A stretch of 64,000 nucleotides of DNA from Halorussus marinus (GTDB lineage: Archaea > Halobacteriota > Halobacteria > Halobacteriales > Haladaptataceae): positions 1-64,000 of the forward strand of contig NZ_SBIV01000006.1 in NCBI RefSeq assembly GCF_004765795.1, in the 5' to 3' direction. Below the pieces are notes generated by a model. The model worked only from the letters and a program-made list of their open reading frames with translations, was not told the DNA's origin and did not search any database. The position numbers and the translations under genes are program-made. This document shows positions 1 to 9,884 of this stretch, in pieces; the first letter of the stretch is position 1; every line of letters begins with the position of its first letter.

Positions 1-209
1 CTTTGAGCAACCGGTACAACCTCCCCGATGAAGCGGGAGATTTGCGTCATGGTCAACGGAACTCTCCCGCTTCAACTCCTTTGATTTAGCGGCCTACCTC
101 TCTGCCGTATGGCGATTCAACACAGCCCCGTGAAGGGGTTAAGGTCTACGATACCACGAACGCGGCAAAGTATTGGTTCGTAAACGGCAGTTGGGTATAG
201 ATTCACGGC

Positions 210-1187
210 GTGGCGTCAGCAGGCCGCGTGTTCAATCTGGCGGGAGATACGCCAGTCAAACTCCAGAACGTCCGCATCAAGAATATCGACTTGTCAAACC
301 AGACGGGGCAACGCGGTACCTTCGACATAAACGCGGCAATCTCCCGTCTTGAACTCCAGAACGTCGAGTTCGCCTTTGAGACAGTCACCGGTATGGGATC
401 GAACAAATACAAGGCTGTTAACGGAGGGGGAAGCAACACCGTTGGCGTATTCCGAGCAGAATCGTGCGATGTGACCGGAGCGATAACGACCAACCGAGCG
501 ACTCGCGAGTTTTTCAACGCCTTCTCGGTGGACGTGGCGAGTTTCGGCGTTGTCACGGACTGCACTTTTGACCGGCTCGACCAGTACTGCACGTTCCTGA
601 ACGCGAACGGTGAGGGGGCAACGGTCATCGTGAGCGACAACGCGTCGCTGCGGTGCGGGAACGGCGACCAGTTCAGGGCCGGGTCGAAGGGCAATGGCGA
701 GATTGTCAAAATCGAGGGCAACACCGTCAGCGGGACGGCAAACACCGCCGATGTTGGAGCGGATGCGGACATTCACGGCGACCGTGGCATCATTATCCAA
801 GGGACCGGGACGACCGATGCCGTGACGGTTGCGGACAACACCGTCCGGGGCGTTCTGGTCGGGTTTGACATTCAGCGGGGCGTGCGGTCGCTCATCGTCG
901 AAGGAAACCACATTTACAACTGTGGTCACTACGACACGGCGAACCAGTCCCGTCCCGGTATTCTCTCCCGGACGAACGTGCGGAATAACGGGTTCGTGAA
1001 GGTCAACGGGAACCACGTCATCAACGAGACGGTAGACCGAGCGATGGAGCCGGGTATCGAGGTGCGAGAGACGGACGGGAACAGCACTGAGGACGCCACC
1101 GTGACGGAGAATTCCGTGAAGGGCTACGAGACGAACGGCGTGGTCGTTGCGGCGACTACGCAGGACGTGCGGGACAACACGACGTGA
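210..1187 (+). CDS. Right-handed parallel beta-helix (pectin-lyase-like) protein, possibly 5'-truncated
   Basis: 325 aa rich in N/G/T/V with recurring 'V-x-x-N-x-V' turns (IEGNTVSG, VADNTVRG, VEGNHIYN, VNGNHVIN, VTENSVKG); GTG start follows an in-frame TAG at 198-200. Confidence 0.6.
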   Translation: MASAGRVFNLAGDTPVKLQNVRIKNIDLSNQTGQRGTFDINAAISRLELQNVEFAFETVTGMGSNKYKAVNGGGSNTVGVFRAESCDVTGAITTNRATREFFNAFSVDVASFGVVTDCTFDRLDQYCTFLNANGEGATVIVSDNASLRCGNGDQFRAGSKGNGEIVKIEGNTVSGTANTADVGADADIHGDRGIIIQGTGTTDAVTVADNTVRGVLVGFDIQRGVRSLIVEGNHIYNCGHYDTANQSRPGILSRTNVRNNGFVKVNGNHVINETVDRAMEPGIEVRETDGNSTEDATVTENSVKGYETNGVVVAATTQDVRDNTT

Positions 1188-1233
1188 CCGTTCCGATACA
1201 CTAATAGACGGTTCGTGGGTTAACAGGCAAATA

Positions 1234-2727
1234 ATGGGCTACCAGTTACGGAACATCTGCACAGACAGTACCGAAAAATTCTGGTACTTGGTCTGGATTC
1301 TCCCGGCAAGTGCCGTTCTCCCACTCCTCTTTGCACCTTTACTCATCCAGTACCGTGCAACCCGGGAAGTCGCAGGCTACTACCAAGCTCTCGCGTTTGC
1401 CCACGACGGACTCCAGTCATTCTCCTACCTCACCCCAAGAGAGAGCTTTAGTTCCCTCCACCTCTCAAGCCTCCTCACTGCACCATTCGCACACCTGGGT
1501 TTCGGCATACGGCTCGTCAGCATCACTGCCGCAATCGCCGCAACAATTCTCATCGGCCAGCTCGCATGGCACCGGTTCGGACGAACCGCAGGACTTCTCG
1601 CCCCACTATTCCTCTGGGCGCACCCGCTGTTCCTCCGCTTCTCGTATGGCGTCTTCCCGGAGGCACTCAGCATCGTACTCACGACGGGCGCAGTTGCCGC
1701 TATGTGGCGGTTCGTCGAGACTGATCATGACTGGTTATTCGGCCTTTCAGTTGCACTCCTCGTTCTCGCAATGGCGAATCACTTCTGGGAAGCCGTCATC
1801 GGCTTGCCGCTCTTCGTGATTCTCATCACCCGGCGGTACTACCTGCACGCACTCCTCCTGTCGCTTGTTACTGCCGGGACGGCCGGAACAATCTGGATGA
1901 TTCGTCGCGTCCTCGGTCCCGTTGAATCCGGGAAACTCCTCGAACGCGGAACCATCGTGACTGACCCGGGGCTTCTTGTGTCTAGCGACTACTGGCTCGC
2001 CCACCTCCAGTCGATTCACCCGGTCGACCTCATGTTTACGCTGACCCTTCCCACCGCACTTCTCGCGCTCGCGGGCAGCCTCCGCTGGTGGCTGGTATCG
2101 CGTGAGGAGCGCGCTCTTGTCCTCGCGGCATGGTTGACGAGCGGCCTCGTCATTCCGATTGGAATCCCGCCCGGGTATCTCACCCACGATTACTATCTGT
2201 GGGGCGTCCTCGCACCGCTCGCGCTCGCAGGCGGCGTTTTCGTGCAATACACTACAGGACGACTACGAGATCGGGGGCATCCACGGCTGGCAGGCCACAC
2301 GGTCCAGGCCGTAATCGTGCTACTCGTGTGTTCGGCATTCGGCTTCGGCCTCATTGTTGATGGGGGACTGCTCTCCGGCACGGGCGTCCCGGTTGCGGGC
2401 GAGTTCGACGGTCAATTAAGCGACCGGGATGGAATCGCGGTCAGTGAGCTGGCCGTCGCCGGGGAGGAAGTTGACCGCGCGGACGTGTCGGCAGCGAACG
2501 AGATCGTGTTTGTCGGAGACTGGAAACGCGGGTATTCTGGGCCAGTCGGAGTTGTTCTCGCGCAGACGGACGTATTAGTGAAGGGGTGGGAAGATCCACG
2601 GTACGAGCATCGGGGACGCCACGGTGCGTTTTCGCCACGGTTCGCTGATACTCCAGCGGCGGTTGAGGACTGCGGCGTGCAAGTCGTTCTCCATAATGAC
2701 GATAGTGTTGTGGTCCAGAGTTGTTGA
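1234..2727 (+). CDS. ArnT/PMT (GT-C fold) family membrane glycosyltransferase
   Basis: Multi-TM protein with 'RLVSITAAIAATILIGQLA...GLLAPLFLWAHPLFLRFSYGVFPEALS' and 'HDYYLW', patterns typical of PMT_2/ArnT; ATG at 1234. Confidence 0.7.
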   Translation: MGYQLRNICTDSTEKFWYLVWILPASAVLPLLFAPLLIQYRATREVAGYYQALAFAHDGLQSFSYLTPRESFSSLHLSSLLTAPFAHLGFGIRLVSITAAIAATILIGQLAWHRFGRTAGLLAPLFLWAHPLFLRFSYGVFPEALSIVLTTGAVAAMWRFVETDHDWLFGLSVALLVLAMANHFWEAVIGLPLFVILITRRYYLHALLLSLVTAGTAGTIWMIRRVLGPVESGKLLERGTIVTDPGLLVSSDYWLAHLQSIHPVDLMFTLTLPTALLALAGSLRWWLVSREERALVLAAWLTSGLVIPIGIPPGYLTHDYYLWGVLAPLALAGGVFVQYTTGRLRDRGHPRLAGHTVQAVIVLLVCSAFGFGLIVDGGLLSGTGVPVAGEFDGQLSDRDGIAVSELAVAGEEVDRADVSAANEIVFVGDWKRGYSGPVGVVLAQTDVLVKGWEDPRYEHRGRHGAFSPRFADTPAAVEDCGVQVVLHNDDSVVVQSC

Positions 2728-2871
2728 GTTCGGCGCTCTACATACCGCGGCGTCCATTCTCTTCAGACCCTAATTGAACTATTCGTTCTTGTACAAGATA
2801 TAACTGAGTCCGACCAGTCTCAGCCTTGAGCATCGTCCCGTCGAACCAACTTCTGACATCCAGAGAGATCC

Positions 2872-5553
2872 ATGCCTGAACTCGGTACCAAAGACCTCGG
2901 CACGACCGAACTCGGAACGCCTAGTTCCCAGACCACCAGAACGCTCACCGCAACCGGCGCGCTCACTACCGCGTCTGGCGCCGGCGCAACCCTCACTACC
3001 ACCGGGACGCTCACCGCGACCGGCGCGATCGCGTCGACATCGCCCAGTGGCGCTGTCCTGAACATCGTCGACGAAACCACGTCCGAGCTCGGCGCTGGAA
3101 CGCTCGGCACCGGCGAGCTCGGCGTTGCCCCTAACCCCAACACCGTCACGCTGACGGCGCAGAGCACGACCGCGGACGCTCGCGGCGCGACCACGGATCT
3201 GCTCACCTCGACGACGCTGCTCGCGACCGGCGCGACCGCCAGGGTATCTACTCCTGGTGCGACGCTCAACACGATCTCGGGCGGCATCCTCGGCACCGGC
3301 GAACTCGGCGGTGGCGAGCTCGGCGTCGAGACTGGCACCTCGGGCGTGTTCATGTCCGCCGACGGAACGACCGCAGACGCATCGGGCGGTGGAAATGCGA
3401 AACTCATCTCGCTCGATCTGCCCGAGGTCGCGACCGGCAGTCGTGGCTGGCACGTCGAAATCGATCATCCATCCGGCCGCACGCTCTCGCCCGAGCTGCT
3501 CGACGACCCCCAGTTCACGCCCGTGCTGAACGGCCGACCGAGAGTGACGATCCCCGTCCCGCGCGACGAGAAGTGGCTGTCCGAGGCGTTCGACGAAGCA
3601 CGCCTCTCCGTCTGGAAGGACGGCCGGATCCTCCCGATCGACGAACTCATCTCGGTCCGCATGGAGCCTGGCCGGACGGTGCTCGTCGGACGGGGTGGAC
3701 GGGCGCTCGCTGGCCGGGTTCAGGCCGAGTACGACAACAAGCAAGCCCACGAGGCCGTCCGGGAGCTTGGCGAGGCGAACACTCCGTACGTGATGAACGT
3801 CGACGATCCCGCGACCTCGCTCCAGTCAGACCAGCTGATGCAGTCCGGCGACGACAGTAGCGAACTTCGCGGAGTACTTGTCGAGCCGATCGCGCCGACA
3901 GACCCCGTCGAAATCGTTGATGGCCAGCTGCAACTCCAGCAGTCGGCGGTCGTGAAAGAAGGCGAATCCGTCGCAGGGTTCTCGGTGAGTGGAGGAGAGT
4001 ATTCAGGTGGGGCTGCTGTCCAACACGAACTGCTCCCGAACACCTATACGTGGGATATCTCGTTCCTATACGACGTGGAGGCCGAACACGTCGGTATCGC
4101 CGTCCGGAACAAGATCGAAGATGGCTCCGACATCGAGGGCGTGAACTGGTACTTTAACGGCGAGCAGTTGGACTCCGTGACTGGCGGCTTCCTCCCGATC
4201 GAGTGGTCTGATTTCAGCGACGGCCCTCGATTCCAGGGCAGCGGATATAACGGCTACACTGGTGAAACATTAGAGGCAGGCGAGACGTACGAACTAGAAC
4301 TGGAGGTTGTCGACGACGGCTCTCCCGGCGGGTATCATGTGGATCTAGTTTCCGTCTACGACACCCGATTTAACTACACATGGGACAACGATAACGGCGG
4401 GAACGGCGGCTACCTTGATGGCCCCGAGTTGAAACCGGACGCGTTCGAGGTCGTGTTCGACGATGTCGCCTCTGCGTTCAACGTCGACACCGGACAGATC
4501 GATATCGGGATCGACGACACGTCCGGCGGGCAAGCGCTCGCCCTCTCAAACGACCGCGGAGGGTCGTACACCACGGCGTCAAACACCGACACGCTCGACG
4601 TCGACTTCCAGGACGCCGGGAGTACACTCCGCTGGAAAGTAACCCTCTCCCGGTACGGCAGTCGGACCGGCGAGACACCAAAACAGGGATTCAACAGCCA
4701 GTCACTAGATTCGTTCGAGCTCCGAGCAGACCTCGAGGACACGCCGGTGCTTACTCAGCAGACGTACGACGGTGCGCTCGTCGACGTCCTGAACCAGATC
4801 GCGGACTACGGTGACTTCATCTGGGAGTTCCGCCGTGAATCGCGCGACGAGTGGAGTCTCGAGTGGACGAAGCCCGGCCAGCGGACCGCGGACATCGACG
4901 ACGATATCGCGGACTATCAGGTGGAGAAGACAACTGAGCGCCGGTACGACCGCGCAATCATCAAGGGCGCGAACCAGCCCGTTCGCGGCGAGCGCTTCAC
5001 TGCCGTCGAAGGCTCGTGGGTGGACCTCAACCAGTCCTCTCTGGTGTCGGCGACGGAGACTGTGCGCGACCCGTCGAGCGGTGAGACGTTTGAACTCAAC
5101 CGCGATTTCGACCTCGACCGCCAGGAGGGCCGCATCCGAGTGCGGCCGGGTGGCGCGATGGCCGACGGCTCGGTCTATGAGATCGACTACGAATTCAAGA
5201 CCCGTGGATCGTACACTGCTGAGGACGCCGATGACGATCCGGACGAGATGGTGCGGACGATCTCGTCGATCACGTCGAACCGTGGCTGTGAGCAGGCGGC
5301 GCTCTACTTGATCCGCAACATCAAGGATCCGCTCTGGGAGGCGGAGGTAACCGTGTCGACAGCTGACGCAGGTCGGTCGCTGGTAGACGACCTCGCACTC
5401 GAAGGACTGCCGACGCGCGGTGAGCGGATGGAGATTCAGGAGATCCAGCAGACGCCCCAGGAGGTCGTGTTGCGGCTCGGGAGCCGGCAATCGGTTGGTG
5501 AGGTCGTCAACGATATTCAGTCCTGGATCAGCACGGTCAGCGAACGGGTCTAG
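2872..5553 (+). CDS. Large acidic protein with N-terminal ~69-aa repeats, resembling a haloviral tail/baseplate protein
   Basis: 893 aa, no signal peptide; C-terminal 'LVDVLNQIADYGDFIWEFRR...IADYQVEKTTERRYDRAIIKG' resembles tail hub proteins (impression, not searched). Confidence 0.45.
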   Translation: MPELGTKDLGTTELGTPSSQTTRTLTATGALTTASGAGATLTTTGTLTATGAIASTSPSGAVLNIVDETTSELGAGTLGTGELGVAPNPNTVTLTAQSTTADARGATTDLLTSTTLLATGATARVSTPGATLNTISGGILGTGELGGGELGVETGTSGVFMSADGTTADASGGGNAKLISLDLPEVATGSRGWHVEIDHPSGRTLSPELLDDPQFTPVLNGRPRVTIPVPRDEKWLSEAFDEARLSVWKDGRILPIDELISVRMEPGRTVLVGRGGRALAGRVQAEYDNKQAHEAVRELGEANTPYVMNVDDPATSLQSDQLMQSGDDSSELRGVLVEPIAPTDPVEIVDGQLQLQQSAVVKEGESVAGFSVSGGEYSGGAAVQHELLPNTYTWDISFLYDVEAEHVGIAVRNKIEDGSDIEGVNWYFNGEQLDSVTGGFLPIEWSDFSDGPRFQGSGYNGYTGETLEAGETYELELEVVDDGSPGGYHVDLVSVYDTRFNYTWDNDNGGNGGYLDGPELKPDAFEVVFDDVASAFNVDTGQIDIGIDDTSGGQALALSNDRGGSYTTASNTDTLDVDFQDAGSTLRWKVTLSRYGSRTGETPKQGFNSQSLDSFELRADLEDTPVLTQQTYDGALVDVLNQIADYGDFIWEFRRESRDEWSLEWTKPGQRTADIDDDIADYQVEKTTERRYDRAIIKGANQPVRGERFTAVEGSWVDLNQSSLVSATETVRDPSSGETFELNRDFDLDRQEGRIRVRPGGAMADGSVYEIDYEFKTRGSYTAEDADDDPDEMVRTISSITSNRGCEQAALYLIRNIKDPLWEAEVTVSTADAGRSLVDDLALEGLPTRGERMEIQEIQQTPQEVVLRLGSRQSVGEVVNDIQSWISTVSERV

Positions 5554-5731
5554 AGTTTAACCTACAGACTGGCCGGATCACGTCGCGGTGGTGGTTAAGA
5601 TCACGGACTCGCCGGTCGACATGTCCGACAAGGAGAGATAGAAAGATTATTTTCGCTAGAAAGCACTCCACTAAATCGCGTGACAGCGGCGCATCCGATT
5701 AGCAGCTCACGTTCAATCTCTCTCAGCACGA

Positions 5732-5872
5732 CTACGAATCGACATCGTAACCTCACTCGCGCAACTGCGCCGCGACCTCGTCGATGCGCCGTAGTCCCAC
5801 AAGCAGTGCGGCCTCCCGTAGGTCTGCCTTCCGAACTGACTTGTCGAGTTGCTTCTTGACCGACCTGAGCAT
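5732..5872 (-). pseudogene. Remnant of a small haloarchaeal plasmid-type protein
   Basis: Reads MLRSVKKQLDKSVRKADLREAALLVGLRRIDEVAAQLRE*GYDVDS*; internal TGA at 5753-5755 where Trp (TGG) would be expected. Confidence 0.3.
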
Positions 5873-6267
5873 CTCGCTTGGCGTCTAGTGCATGGATTAC
5901 GTGGGTTGACGGCCGAGGCTCTGATTGAGGTGTGGGAAGTATCCACAACCTATAGAAGATCACGATTGAGGCTAGATCGTGAGAGTGTTAGAGGTATCAT
6001 CCACCAGCACTAACGGGGTTGTACAGTCGTCTCAATCGTCGTAATATTAGATCCGCTGGTAATTAGAGTATAGCGTTTGGGAAAAACCATGGCTTCGCGC
6101 CGGATGACGGCGCGAAGTCCCTACCCATGGCAGGCACGCCGTCTGCAGTTTGAAACCAACCAAACCTGTTCAGGGCGTGCGATTGATGATAATAATACAA
6201 CATTTATAGTGTTTCTCATTTGTCTTGTATTATAGTTAATGAGTATTTCTTACTGACTTGAAAACAC

Positions 6268-6280
6268 AAAGCATTTAATA
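6268..6280 (+). promoter_or_regulatory. BRE/TATA promoter of the surface glycoprotein gene
   Basis: AAAGCA-TTTAATA within a very AT-rich stretch (6180-6300), about 115 bp upstream of ATG 6393. Confidence 0.5.
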
Positions 6281-6392
6281 CGATAGGATAATTGACGTGA
6301 TGTACCCCTACCCGACAGGCGTTGAGTAATGTTGCAGCCCTCCACGGGTATTCGCAACACAAAGGCCCTGTCACCCGAAACAAACGCAAACA

Positions 6393-8768
6393 ATGACAAC
6401 GACAAACGACAAGATCCGCAGTGTGGTGCTGTCTGCGCTAATGGTCATGTCCGTATTCGCGGGCGCGACCGCCTTCGCAGGCTCAGCCGCAGCGAATCAC
6501 GGCGCAGACTCAGCAGAGTCGCTGACGACTCCCAATTCATATTGGGATGGTGAAGAGCTTACAATTGACATTACTAACATTTACGACGACGCTGTCGCCA
6601 ACGACGACACTCTCGAACTGCGCGAGTGGGACGGTAGTGACGACGGCGTCGGCTCCCGCGTCACGCAGATCCCGCTCTCCGAAGGGACCGCCACTCTCGA
6701 AGAGGACGGTCTCGACGGCCAGTACGTCATCACGACCACTGGCCGGGAGCCGATCGTCTTCGACTCCGAAGAGGGTCCTTTCCTCTATGAGGACGCCGGA
6801 GACGTGACCGGAACTTACTCGGAAAGCGACGCTGTGTTCTCGTTCTCCGAGCAGGAGTTCAACGTGACTCCCGACAGTGTCAACGTGAGCTCTGGCAGTA
6901 ACTCGATCACGGATGTCGAGATCGACTCGAACCGTGGCCGCTACAAAATCAACGTTTCCGCCGACGGCGACCTGAGCGCAAACGAACTCTACGATGCGTT
7001 CTATGGCGAACTCCCAGGTGACGCAGACGATCCTGTGAGTGAAGACAACATCGAAAAGCACAGCGCCGACGACGGTAGTCACAGTGAGGCCGGCACGCAA
7101 AGTTCAATCATCATCTCCGGCGCGTCGACCGATTCAGTTTACAGCGCCGACTTCAGTGAGTTCGAAACCGACGAGTACGAACTCACGTACCAGGTCGTCG
7201 ACGCAGCGGGCGAAGACACGATGGACGTCAACGTCTCGGAAGCCGGCGACGCCGATGTCCGACTCCCGAACGACGTTGTCTCGAACGAGCGCGGTGACGA
7301 CATCGAGTTCAACGTCTCGTTCGAAAACACCGAGACTGCCGACTTCCAGTTCGGTGACACCGAAGCCAACTTCGTGACTCGGTTCCGGGTCACGCAGGGT
7401 GATGACTTCGAGACAGACAACGTCACGCTGACCATCGAAACGGACGAAATCACCGACCAGAACGATCCGACTGAGTTCATCAATGCCGAGTACGGCTCGG
7501 TCACTGCGCCCGGCTACGACAGCAGTGGTGACGGCGATTACTACGGTGTCTGGACGGGCGGCAACATCGAGCTGGAGAACGATGACGGATCTGCCGTCAC
7601 GGACGACAAGAGCACGCTTGGGTCCGCGATCGCGAAAGGGAACTACGATCTGAGCGCGTACCTCACGGACACGGCTGACGCGTATCAGGATCGGGCCGAC
7701 AAGACGAGCATCAATATCGCGCAGCGCTCGACTGACGCTGTCGATACGTGGGTTATCCCTGACTCCGGGTCGCCGGACGACCTCGATGCGCTCCTCGATA
7801 AAGTTAACAACAGCGACACGATCACGTCCAGCGGTATGCTCGTTGTCGAGGTCCAGGCATCGGGAATCTACGGCTACATCGACGATACGGGCGACTTCAC
7901 TGGCTCGGATAACAACGAGGTCGGCCACGATGCAGACGACTACCTCGAAAACAACGGTAAGAACGGCGTCTTCGTGAACGTCACGCAAGACGACGCGGGT
8001 CCGAACGCGGTGTCGTCCCAGTACTACGCGACCGCCGCTCAGCAGTACTACGAGGATGCGGAGAACAACACGTTCTACCTCACCTTCGATACCTCCAGCA
8101 TGGGTAACGGCGACGGTCTCGTGACTGGCAACTCCTACACCGCGAACTTCTCGGTGCTCGAGGAGTACAACGCGTTCACCGACGATAATGAGGAAGTGTC
8201 CTCGGAGTTCAACTACGAAGAGCAGGATGTTGAGCTCAGCAATCTGAACGACGATGACGAGCTCATGCTCCCGAACTCGGAGAACGCGACGATCGAGGGC
8301 ACGAGCAACCTCCCGCCGGGTACCGAGGTCGATGTTGAGGTCGAATCCTCGGGTAACTACTGGTCGGACAACCCCGAACTCGACGCTGATGGCGAGTTCT
8401 CGACGAACTTCGACCTCACTGAGCTTGAGAACGGGACTGAAGTCGACGTAACTGCGTCCGCTGGTAGTGCCGAGCACGAAGTGAGTGCGACTATCATGTC
8501 CGACTACGAGCAGGACGGCGGCGAGGACGAGACGACGACCGAAGAGACGACCGAAGAGACGACCGAGGAGACGACCGAAGAGACGACCGAGGAGACGACC
8601 GAGGAGACGACCGAAGAGACGACCGAAGAGACGACCGAGGAGACGACCGAAGCGACCGAAACCACGGAAGGTGACGGTGGCGACGGTGGCATCCCCGGCT
8701 TCGGCATGGCTGTCTCGCTGGTCGCGCTCATCGCGGCCGCGCTGCTGGCAGTCCGCCGTAGCAACTAA
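6393..8768 (+). CDS. S-layer-type cell surface glycoprotein (PGF-CTERM, archaeosortase substrate)
   Basis: Haloarchaeal surface-glycoprotein signal peptide (KIRSVVLSALMVMSVFAG), many N-x-S/T sequons, Thr-rich spacer, IPGFG motif, TM helix and RR tail. Confidence 0.9.
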   Translation: MTTTNDKIRSVVLSALMVMSVFAGATAFAGSAAANHGADSAESLTTPNSYWDGEELTIDITNIYDDAVANDDTLELREWDGSDDGVGSRVTQIPLSEGTATLEEDGLDGQYVITTTGREPIVFDSEEGPFLYEDAGDVTGTYSESDAVFSFSEQEFNVTPDSVNVSSGSNSITDVEIDSNRGRYKINVSADGDLSANELYDAFYGELPGDADDPVSEDNIEKHSADDGSHSEAGTQSSIIISGASTDSVYSADFSEFETDEYELTYQVVDAAGEDTMDVNVSEAGDADVRLPNDVVSNERGDDIEFNVSFENTETADFQFGDTEANFVTRFRVTQGDDFETDNVTLTIETDEITDQNDPTEFINAEYGSVTAPGYDSSGDGDYYGVWTGGNIELENDDGSAVTDDKSTLGSAIAKGNYDLSAYLTDTADAYQDRADKTSINIAQRSTDAVDTWVIPDSGSPDDLDALLDKVNNSDTITSSGMLVVEVQASGIYGYIDDTGDFTGSDNNEVGHDADDYLENNGKNGVFVNVTQDDAGPNAVSSQYYATAAQQYYEDAENNTFYLTFDTSSMGNGDGLVTGNSYTANFSVLEEYNAFTDDNEEVSSEFNYEEQDVELSNLNDDDELMLPNSENATIEGTSNLPPGTEVDVEVESSGNYWSDNPELDADGEFSTNFDLTELENGTEVDVTASAGSAEHEVSATIMSDYEQDGGEDETTTEETTEETTEETTEETTEETTEETTEETTEETTEETTEATETTEGDGGDGGIPGFGMAVSLVALIAAALLAVRRSN
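8535..8654 (+). repeat. 12-bp coding tandem repeat ACGACCGARGAG x ~10 (TTEE linker)
   Basis: Directly visible; encodes the Thr/Glu-rich spacer. Confidence 0.95.
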
Positions 8769-8780
8769 CGTCCGCTAACC

Positions 8781-8803
8781 ATCGAACCCTCACCGGGTTC
8801 GAT
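8781..8803 (+). terminator. Hairpin downstream of the surface glycoprotein gene
   Basis: ATCGAACCC-TCACC-GGGTTCGAT perfect 9-bp stem, T-tract near 8828. Confidence 0.55.
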
Positions 8804-9009
8804 TTGACGTGCCCCTCGCAGCTTCCATTTTTGCGGTAATTACCTTGCGATCCGAATTATTGAATCCTTTACTCCAATTTTAATACGGATGTGGTGTACT
8901 CTAAACGTCCTGGCAGGTCCAGTGTCCCACATATATACTTATGAAACTACTATATGCTATTAATATCTACATCTAACTTTAGATATGATATATATAATAG
9001 AAGGTGCGG

Positions 9010-9480
9010 GACACCGGTGCTCGTTGGCGTTGTCGAAGACGGCGATGTAGCGAGCGACGATACTGCTCCCACGCGTCCAGCCGTGATGGTCTTCGAGATG
9101 TCGGCGCGGTCGCGACCTCCTTCAGGATGTCTCGGACGCGGTTGTTCGAGATAGAGTCCGGAGAAGTCAGCTTGCAGAACCGGGGATCGCTGTCGTCGCC
9201 GGGATGGTCGTCGAGCTACTTCCGGGCGTAGAGGACCGCGAGGACGAGCACGGGCGATCGACGGCCAGTCTTCCCGTCGAGGGTGCCGTGGAGGCCGTAC
9301 TGGTGGTCGGTGGCTGCGCCAGCGGTTCGGTCGAAGAGATCGCCCGGCCGGGAGCCGAGGTCCCAGGCGAGCGCGACGAGTGTGCGGTCGCGGGAGTTGA
9401 GACAGGCATCGAGCATCGGCGGGGTGTCTTCGTCCCAGTGCAGCATGTCGGTCGGGTCCGGCGCGGGATCGTATTTGTAT
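9010..9480 (-). pseudogene. Degraded tyrosine recombinase/integrase
   Basis: Fragments YDPAPDPTDMLHWDED, RDRTLVALAWDLGSRPGDL, DGKTG and LEDHHGWTRGSSIVARYIAVF, with a stop, frameshifts and no HxxR segment. Confidence 0.85.
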
Positions 9481-9884
9481 CGGGCGTGTAAAGATCGGAT
9501 GTAAAGCCCTTCCCAAGCGTTTCTGGCGATCCGCCGAACGCTTACTCTCTAGTCCCGCGCCTTCGAGTCGGTATGCGACCCGTACGATGTGCCGCCTCGG
9601 ACCGCTCGGACCGATCGGCATCGGATACACGCGGCCTGAACTGACGAAGGCAACGCCTGATTACCTCGCGAACCGAGAGCGTAACCCCGCCGTACCGACT
9701 CGTCGATCGGCTCGCCGAAACCGGCGCAGAGTCGGTTCTAAATTTTATCGCGGCGCCTCGGACGGTTATGAAACGTTTCGGTTCCGGAGCGGTCGCGCTG
9801 AACTGATCTGAAATCGCGCTAACGCTCGTCGGCTTATAAGGTCTCGCTCGTGGTACGTGTCATCGCGGTCGAGGTGACCCCACG

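Noticed and set aside
87..200. Amber (pyrrolysine) read-through of the two in-frame TAGs
   Set aside because: No pyl genes here and Pyl is not established in Halobacteria; decay or a gene boundary is simpler
8535..8654. Tandem repeat as a CRISPR array
   Set aside because: 12-bp units with no spacers, in frame as the TTEE linker; no cas genes in the window
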